The notes beneath the pieces are model-generated. The model worked only from the letters and a program-made list of their open reading frames with translations. It was not told the origin of the DNA and did not search any database. A program made the position numbers and the translations under genes. A stretch of DNA of 64,000 nt from Armatimonadota bacterium (lineage in GTDB: Bacteria > Armatimonadota > HRBIN16), in contig OY781964.1 in assembly GCA_963677485.1 (NCBI GenBank), positions 2,434,980 through 2,498,979 of the forward strand. Direction: 5' to 3'. This document shows, one piece after another, positions 58,135-64,000 of this stretch; positions within the stretch are counted from its first letter, which is position 1; every line of letters starts with the position of its first letter.

Positions 58135-58181
58135 TACAAACAAAAGGCATCGACCGCCCCGGTGAAGGGGCGGTCAACACT
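58135..58181 (-). terminator. Rho-independent terminator for the minus-strand operon 60382-58190.
   Basis: Perfect hairpin GACCGCCCC-GGTGAA-GGGGCGGTC. On the minus strand it is followed by CTTTTGTTTG. The stem shares the REP core GACCGCCCCGG. Confidence 0.75.
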
Positions 58182-58189
58182 GGCGGAAG

Positions 58190-58648
58190 CTACTTGACTT
58201 CCAGAAGCACGGGGGCAGTGTAGTTGTCGGGTAGGGTATCTACCTGGTACTCGCGGCTGAGATTCGGGTAGTCTGAGAACTTCGCGAGCTTGGCTGTGAT
58301 GGTGTCTTTGGCCTTGTTCTTCTTGATGGCAGGAACGATCTTGCCGTTCAAGATGCCCCATCGAAGCACGCGGATCACGGTGCCGGGCTTCACGCCATCG
58401 ATTTTGCCACCCTTGACCGCCTTGACTTTCCACTCTTGTGCGATCAGCACATTCAGGTAAGGTTTCACACGGTTAGGATCCGGCACTGGAGTGACCTGGC
58501 TAATTGTGGCCGTGACGCTGATCTTGGTGATGGCCTTGCCCTTAGGTGCCACGGACGGGGCCGTGATCTGCTGCGTACTGACGGCAGCTACCGTTCCTAG
58601 CATTAATACTGCTGCGAAAGATGCTGGTACCCATTTTGCGATTTTCAT
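58190..58648 (-). CDS. Small secreted hypothetical protein (152 aa).
   Basis: Signal peptide MKIAKWVPASFAAVLMLGTVAAVS. AGAGGGA lies 6 nt upstream of the ATG. It is 21 nt downstream of the previous gene. Confidence 0.6.
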   Translation of the reverse strand: MKIAKWVPASFAAVLMLGTVAAVSTQQITAPSVAPKGKAITKISVTATISQVTPVPDPNRVKPYLNVLIAQEWKVKAVKGGKIDGVKPGTVIRVLRWGILNGKIVPAIKKNKAKDTITAKLAKFSDYPNLSREYQVDTLPDNYTAPVLLEVK

Positions 58649-58669
58649 TATGTTCCCTCTCGTATTTTT

Positions 58670-60382
58670 TTATTGCCATCGAACGGCGTCTAGGCCCAGT
58701 GTGATCCCTGGACGCTCACGGAAGTCAAATACCAGGAATCGGAATGTTTCCAAATCCGGTATTGAACTGAGTGGTATGCGGTAATCCATCCAACTGGAGC
58801 TGAATACGGAGCCTTTCGGCACCAGAGTATACGGCTTTGATTGCCAGAACTCTCGGTCTGCCGCAAAGAAGATATTGACAGGCCCGGGCTTGCCGTCGCC
58901 TTTTAGCATCAAATGTATCTCCTTGGCTCCCTTCCATAACTGGGTTTCAAAGTTGAAAAGCTGCACGGTGTTATCGACAAACGGGGTAATTGAATAGGCT
59001 CGTTTGCCTTCCGGGGCCGGAGTTGTAAATTCTGTGCTGCCGGCGATGTTCACAAACAGATCGTCGCCGCTCTCGGCGTTGATCAGCATGTTCGGGTATT
59101 TCGAATAAGCCGCGGTAATACCCAGTGAAGATGGCTTCACTATTTGCGGCAGGTTGGCGGATGCTCCCAGGTTTTTCGTTTGAACCTGTCCATAAACCAT
59201 TAGCTGCATCTCCGGGTCGTAACAGGGCAGATTGACCTGGTAGCTGCCGTCTGATTGTTTCACCGCGGGTATGCGATGCCAAACGCAACCCTCAAACCTG
59301 GGCAGGGTTTTATAGCTGTAATTCACATCGATGTATACTGGGGCCTCTTCAGAGTTGAATGAGAAATAATACACCAACTTACCGTCGACCACTGACAGCT
59401 TCCCGTCTGACACCGTCGGAATGGGCGGTGTGTTATACAGCGTATGGAATATCCAGGGGTTATACCCCTCCAGCTCTTTACGGCCGGTCTGCGAGTGTGC
59501 CCGGTTTGGCGCGATCGCCAGGAACTTCACGCAGCGCAAGTGCGAATACATGTAGATCAAGGCGTCGAACTGCGAAAGATAGTCGTTGGCGCAGGACTGC
59601 ACGTAGATGGGTGATGATCCATACTCGCAGTAAGCGGCTGGCGAGTAGAGCCGATACTGTGCATAGTTAGCCTTACCGACATAGTCGACTACGGATTCGT
59701 CACCTTGTTTGTCTACCAAAAAGCCAGTTCCGTGCCAGATGAGGAAGGATTTTGGGCGGTTTTCAATCGCATGAAGCAGACCGACAGCCTGCCCCGAGAG
59801 TGAATATCCTGAAACCATCATCTGCGACAGGTCACACTCAGGGCGTGTGCCGACATAGGTAATCGTGCGCCGCAATGCGACCACCAAGTGGTAGAACCAG
59901 CTTTGCTGCGGATCCATGGGGTAGAACTGCTTGAACGGCGGGCCACCAAGGGTCAGCATCTGTTTTGGGTCTGTCTTGGCATCTGTGCTGCATACCATGA
60001 CACCACACCGGCCGGCCAACGCTTCCGCTATCAGTGGCTTTGTATTGACTCCCTCATTGATGACCGTTAAATGCACCGGCAGTTTCTGAGCATTCTTGGG
60101 GTATACAAGGTAAAGAAATACGCGTACACCGGGTCGACCAGTGATTCGGATAGCCTCGATGACGATCATCTTTTTGGTGCCGTCTGCCGCGGTCATCATC
60201 TGCTCTGTGCGTTTGATCACATCAGGTGCCAACGGGACCGAATCGATGTCCTTAAGGTCGAAAATCCCTATCCTGCCGTTTACCGGTTGTCTGGGTTGAA
60301 GTGTCTGTGCGGTCAAGGCCGAAGCCGCTAGAGTAGCCAGAGCCACCAGCACGGCTATATTGCGGACACTTGTTTTGGCCAT
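58670..60382 (-). CDS. Secreted hypothetical protein, possibly alpha/beta-hydrolase (esterase)-like with a C-terminal beta-sandwich.
   Basis: Signal peptide MAKTSVRNIAVLVALATLAASALTA after the ATG at 60382 (GGAGA 8 nt upstream). A possible nucleophile elbow VSGYSLSGQAVG is present. Family uncertain. Confidence 0.55.
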   Translation of the reverse strand: MAKTSVRNIAVLVALATLAASALTAQTLQPRQPVNGRIGIFDLKDIDSVPLAPDVIKRTEQMMTAADGTKKMIVIEAIRITGRPGVRVFLYLVYPKNAQKLPVHLTVINEGVNTKPLIAEALAGRCGVMVCSTDAKTDPKQMLTLGGPPFKQFYPMDPQQSWFYHLVVALRRTITYVGTRPECDLSQMMVSGYSLSGQAVGLLHAIENRPKSFLIWHGTGFLVDKQGDESVVDYVGKANYAQYRLYSPAAYCEYGSSPIYVQSCANDYLSQFDALIYMYSHLRCVKFLAIAPNRAHSQTGRKELEGYNPWIFHTLYNTPPIPTVSDGKLSVVDGKLVYYFSFNSEEAPVYIDVNYSYKTLPRFEGCVWHRIPAVKQSDGSYQVNLPCYDPEMQLMVYGQVQTKNLGASANLPQIVKPSSLGITAAYSKYPNMLINAESGDDLFVNIAGSTEFTTPAPEGKRAYSITPFVDNTVQLFNFETQLWKGAKEIHLMLKGDGKPGPVNIFFAADREFWQSKPYTLVPKGSVFSSSWMDYRIPLSSIPDLETFRFLVFDFRERPGITLGLDAVRWQ

Positions 60383-60648
60383 AAATCGTTCTCCATTCAT
60401 CGCATCGTGGCGAAAAGGTATTCGGAAGAGTTTGTGCCCTACTGGGATGCGCTTACGGCAGCGTGAGCTAGCCCAAGATTCACGAACTGATGTTATTTTA
60501 CACTCAACTACAATTATACTGACTTTATATTGGCATACTATGGTATCAACTTTGATAAAGCAATGTTTTCGTGTTTGCCGCCGTTATTGTAAAATGATAA
60601 CAACTGGTGACACCGCACATTACCGTGTTTGCAGTAGGGAGTTATTCG

Positions 60649-61521
60649 ATGGACCACATCATAGGACCGCTGACACAGCTCTATTTATTACTCATGGTGG
60701 CATACATCGCCTTCATCATCGTGAATCATAATCGCACGGCATCTGGGCAACCACCTATACGCGCTGCCGTCTGGAGCTACACCGATGCCTGGCCGATGGT
60801 TCACGCTGTGGCGATTATATCGATGCTGGGCACACTGACGGCCGCCATGTTTAGAACGGGTAAAACCGGCTCTGGTCGATTGGATTTCCTGACTGTTTTG
60901 CTGCCTTCAGCGTTCATGCAGAATGCAGGCATGGTCATCGTGGTGCTGTTGTTTGTGTGCGCGTTATACCGAATCAGCGGCAAACAGCTTGGATTTACAT
61001 TTGACGCCAAGCAACTTATGAAGGGGATCGCGATCGGTGTGCCGACTTTCGTTGCTGTGGCGCTCTTGGCCATCACTTTGATTGCGGTGTTACACGGGCT
61101 ATTTGGGGCCGCTGCCGTGAACAAACTTGTCGAAATAAGTGACAAGCTAAACGGTGCGAACCAGATCATGGGTGATTTGAAAACAAACAAAGAGCTGCTG
61201 GGATTTATCATCATGGCCTCGGTGTTGGCACCGATTGGTGAGGAGTTCTTTTTCAGAGGCTGGTTATTCAACATGATCAAAATCCGAACCACCAAAATTG
61301 GATTGGCAATCTGGGGATCGGCGGTGTTGTTTGCGCTCATTCATGTGGCCCCTTTATCGATTATGATGATCATACCGCTTGGCGCGTGGCTGGCATGGAG
61401 TTACCATATATCGGGAAGCATATGGAAGAACATAGGCATTCACTCATCGTATAATTTGATGATGTGCATCATATACGTAGTAGCGAAGTCTTATGGCTTA
61501 GATATCGACAAGGTAATATAG
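60649..61521 (+). CDS. CPBP-family intramembrane glutamic endopeptidase (CAAX protease / Abi domain).
   Basis: IGEEFFFRGWLF (EExxxR motif) and FALIHV (second His motif), with multiple transmembrane helices. AGGGAG lies upstream of the ATG at 60649. Confidence 0.8.
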   Translation: MDHIIGPLTQLYLLLMVAYIAFIIVNHNRTASGQPPIRAAVWSYTDAWPMVHAVAIISMLGTLTAAMFRTGKTGSGRLDFLTVLLPSAFMQNAGMVIVVLLFVCALYRISGKQLGFTFDAKQLMKGIAIGVPTFVAVALLAITLIAVLHGLFGAAAVNKLVEISDKLNGANQIMGDLKTNKELLGFIIMASVLAPIGEEFFFRGWLFNMIKIRTTKIGLAIWGSAVLFALIHVAPLSIMMIIPLGAWLAWSYHISGSIWKNIGIHSSYNLMMCIIYVVAKSYGLDIDKVI

Positions 61522-61522
61522 C

Positions 61523-62335
61523 ATGGAAAAAAATAGAACTGGTATTATAGCGGCGTATGTGCTGCTTCTGATGTTTGGATTAGGTTTCATCGTCCGCTAC
61601 AGCGGTTTGAGCCTAATTGGAGTGAAGCAGACGCAAGTGGCCTTCTCAAAGATAATGGACCAATCGGGTGACAGCCAGGCGTTGTACGAAGAGGCACTTC
61701 GGCGTTTAGGCGATCGGGCTGAGATTACGAAACAACAACAAGTATTGGGCATTCTCGCCAGTATGTCGGCATACCGTGCTGTCAGGCAGGTTGCCAGTCA
61801 CCTGCTCAGTCAGCCCGATATTGCCAATGACAAAGTCAACCGCCGTATGCTTTTGTCGATGAGAGGGGCAGCCTCCCTGGAAACCGGTTATATGAAAGAG
61901 GGTCTGGCTGACTATGAGGCCAACTGGAAGGCAAATTCTAGCGAAGCGAAAGCCAAAAACGACTTAGCTTATGCGCTGGTGCTGAACAAAGTGGACCTGG
62001 ACCGTGCCGAGGGGTTGGCTGCGCAAGCCTACAACAGTGAGAACAACGCCAGTTTCGCAGACACTCTGGGATGGATAGCCATTTACCAGGGGAACTACAG
62101 CAAAGGGTTGCAGTTACTGCTGGATGCATCTGGCGATGTGCCGGATGCGTATGAAGTCAGATATCATGCCGGAGTGGCATACTGGGCCACGGGTGACTAT
62201 GCCAAAGCTGCGACCGAATTGACGATGGCGATCAAGCTTTACAAGACGAATCGCCGTGGTACGAACTCCGCCTATCAAGCGGTACTCGATCTAGTGAACG
62301 CCAAAACGCCTTTCAGGACGGAGCTGATTCCGTAG
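61523..62335 (+). CDS. Membrane-anchored TPR-repeat protein.
   Basis: N-terminal transmembrane helix, then TPR-like helical repeats (AYALVLNKVDLDRAEGLAAQAY..., YHAGVAYWATGDYAKAATEL). There is a 1-nt gap after the CPBP gene, indicating an operon. Confidence 0.6.
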   Translation: MEKNRTGIIAAYVLLLMFGLGFIVRYSGLSLIGVKQTQVAFSKIMDQSGDSQALYEEALRRLGDRAEITKQQQVLGILASMSAYRAVRQVASHLLSQPDIANDKVNRRMLLSMRGAASLETGYMKEGLADYEANWKANSSEAKAKNDLAYALVLNKVDLDRAEGLAAQAYNSENNASFADTLGWIAIYQGNYSKGLQLLLDASGDVPDAYEVRYHAGVAYWATGDYAKAATELTMAIKLYKTNRRGTNSAYQAVLDLVNAKTPFRTELIP

Positions 62336-62349
62336 TAAACCGCAACTTC

Positions 62350-62845
62350 TCCTCCGGATGGCCTCACGCGGAGAGCGCGAAGGGGAAGGACCATCCACAG
62401 ATTACGCAGATTACGCAGATTACGCAGATTGGCTGAACCGCGGATAGACGCAGATGAACGCGGATGGGACATCTCATGACCGGGGCGGTCATGCAGTAAC
62501 CTGGCGGCACCAGAAAGCTCAAGACCGTGCGGGTCTTTTGTTTGAACCACGAATGAACACAGATAGACACGAATGGACGCAGATGAACGCGGGTGATCGA
62601 ACCACAACGTATAAGCTATTGGCCAAACCGTAGTTAACGCCAGACACACAGTGCGTAGTCACATACCTCCGCGCCTTTGCTTCTTGGCGTCTTTGCGTTG
62701 AATCCCGATTCTACCATCCATGTCATCCGATCCATCTGCGTTCATCTGCGTCTATCCGCGGTTAAGACAATCTGCGTAGTCTGTGTAATCTGTGGATGAA
62801 TCCTCCCCCTCCGCGTCCTCCGCGTCTCTGCGTGAGACACACCCA
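62350..62845. repeat. Word-repeat island W9 (GATTACGCAGATTACGCAGATTACGCAGATTGG; CTGAACCGCGGATAGACGCAGATGAACGCGGATGG; GAACCACGAATGAACACAGATAGACACGAATGGACGCAGATGAACGCGGGTG; CCATCTGCGTTCATCTGCGTCTATCCGCGGTTAAG; AATCTGCGTAGTCTGTGTAATCTGTGGATG; CTCCGCGTCCTCCGCGTCTCTGCGTGAGAC).
   Basis: Direct reading. Copies in both orientations occur within one island. The ORFs at 62275-62649 and 62364-62570 are artefacts. Confidence 0.85.
62476..62543 (+). terminator. Hairpin pair inside W9: the palindrome CATGACCG-GGG-CGGTCATG, and the terminator-like AAGACCGTGCGGGTCTT followed by TTGTTT.
   Basis: Seen directly. The stems reuse the REP-family cores (GACCGGGGCGGTC, AGACCG..CGGTCTT). Confidence 0.45.
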
Positions 62846-62868
62846 CAGGAGCCCACACCACCCCAACG

Positions 62869-64000
62869 CTATATCCGCTCCGGGGTGCCCTTGCGCAGCT
62901 TCAGCATGTTGCCCTTCATCGTCAGCTCTCGCGCGGGTGTGGCCGCCAACTCTACCGCGGCGGTGACGTCGCGCCGCTGGTCGCTCATCTCATTATCGGA
63001 AATAGTGATCGCCTTGCATCGTGCCAGCCGGATCAACGCGGCCCGTCGGATGGTAGGCTTCTGCAGCGCGGTGCGGATGGTGTTCTTGCGGATGGTCACT
63101 TTGGCGCAAGCCTGCAGCGAGATCGCACAGCCGGGATAGTCTGTGAAGGAGTTGCCCTCAATCAAAATGTTGGTGGCATACGGCGTGGCTGTGGGCGCGT
63201 ATTTGGAGTCGATCGAGCCAATCTCAATGGCCCCGCTTTGTGGACTGCCGCTGTAGAATCGCCCTTTGCCTGTGCCGATGATCTTGTTGTTTCGGATCAC
63301 CAGGTTGTTGGGGATGGGACCTTCAGGCCAACCTGGGTCGTTGTGGATGACGAGCGCTGTGCCGTTGGTGTCGTTGATCAGGCAGTTCTCAACGATGCCG
63401 TTGCAGCCCTTCAAGTTAGCCGCAAACCGACGGTGCCCCTTCATGCTGCAACCTGTGATTTTGTAGCCATTACCGCTGGCGGACAGGTTATATAACGTGT
63501 CGGCCTTTTGGTGGGTATCGCCGACCACCACTCCACTAATGGGTGTGTCGAGGGTAATGGTGAGCTGCCCAGGCTGCTGATCAAGCTTGGTGACTCGCCC
63601 CTGCCCACGCACCACGCCTTCTAGACCGCTGAACACTTGCACCAGGTCGCCCTGCTTCATGTTGCTCCAGCCCATTTTGAAGCGCAGTTGGTCAGGGGCG
63701 GGCTGCTCGGAAACTACATACGCGGGGCAGTAGATGTTGATGGCGTCGTCCGCCATGCCCTCGAAGTGGCAGTTTCGGATGAGCGGGCCCACGCGGTTGC
63801 TCTGGCAGTGGATGCCATCGGAGCAGGTGGTCAGCAGACGGTTGGTGCCCGGGCGAATCTTCACGCGAAGGTTCTCTATCAACGTCTGGTCTTTCGCGCC
63901 GACCAATGCCACATTCAGGCTGCTATAGCTGTAGATTGTGATATTGCGGAACACCACTTTGCTGCTGTCGATGGCGTGCAGAACGCTCAATCCCAACCGG
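62869..64000 (-). CDS. Right-handed parallel beta-helix (pectin-lyase-fold) protein, possibly a GH28-like glycosidase or lyase. It is 5' partial, continuing beyond the window end.
   Basis: Repetitive ...NCHFEGMADDAINIY..., ...ITGCSMKGHRRFAANLKGCNGIVENCLINDTNG..., ...VIRNNKIIGTG..., ...ILIEGNSFTDYPGCAISL... coils typical of beta-helix repeats. The ORF is open to the window edge. Confidence 0.65.
   Translation of the reverse strand, partial: RLGLSVLHAIDSSKVVFRNITIYSYSSLNVALVGAKDQTLIENLRVKIRPGTNRLLTTCSDGIHCQSNRVGPLIRNCHFEGMADDAINIYCPAYVVSEQPAPDQLRFKMGWSNMKQGDLVQVFSGLEGVVRGQGRVTKLDQQPGQLTITLDTPISGVVVGDTHQKADTLYNLSASGNGYKITGCSMKGHRRFAANLKGCNGIVENCLINDTNGTALVIHNDPGWPEGPIPNNLVIRNNKIIGTGKGRFYSGSPQSGAIEIGSIDSKYAPTATPYATNILIEGNSFTDYPGCAISLQACAKVTIRKNTIRTALQKPTIRRAALIRLARCKAITISDNEMSDQRRDVTAAVELAATPARELTMKGNMLKLRKGTPERI

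Overview
The window is a 64-kb bacterial chromosomal segment that is gene-dense and GC-rich overall, with several visibly AT-richer islands. The gene content has a PVC-superphylum or Armatimonadetes-like flavour (a prepilin-type DUF1559-like protein with an H-X9-DG motif, a Cys-type sulfatase, many glycoside hydrolases); taxonomy cannot be settled from sequence alone.

Recognisable housekeeping genes:
- pyruvate:ferredoxin oxidoreductase (nifJ-type), translationally coupled to a dihydroorotate-dehydrogenase-like flavoprotein
- greA, tgt, dinB, folP, priA
- a WecB/TagA glycosyltransferase
- a GT2 / SAM-methyltransferase / metallophosphoesterase operon
- a rhomboid protease
- two tandem flavodoxin-like reductases

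Accessory, carbohydrate-oriented genes:
- sulfatase and a Cache-PAS hybrid histidine kinase
- a GH106-like gene interrupted by two in-frame TAG codons
- a secreted TIM-barrel GH-like protein, GH95 alpha-fucosidase, a GH63/trehalase-like (alpha/alpha)6 enzyme, GH42-like proteins
- a sugar-phosphate isomerase, a Gfo/Idh/MocA oxidoreductase, a LacI regulator
- two URO-D/MtaA-like paralogs

The most unusual content is non-coding:
1. A mosaic family of 9-10-bp periodic word repeats (variants of ACGCGGATGG such as CCATCCGCGTTCATCTGCGTCCATCCGCGGTT, CATTCGTGTTCATTCGTGTGAATTCGTGG, CGCGAAGACGCGAAGACGCGAAGG, GATTACGCAGATTACGCAG) fills at least nine intergenic loci.
2. A REP/MITE-like element with nested inverted repeats (core GTCCGGGGCGGT...AGACCGCCCCGGAC) occurs at four loci, including a tandem array of four units.
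3. A tandem triplet of a 216-bp unit carries a hairpin with a compensatory base-pair change between copies, making it a candidate structured-RNA array.

Other points:
- A 511-aa AT-rich orphan ORF lies between a strong terminator and a repeat island.
- Two C-terminal gene fragments in intergenic DNA point to ongoing duplication and decay.
- A roughly 260-bp nested palindrome sits upstream of dinB.

No rRNA, tRNA or CRISPR array was found.
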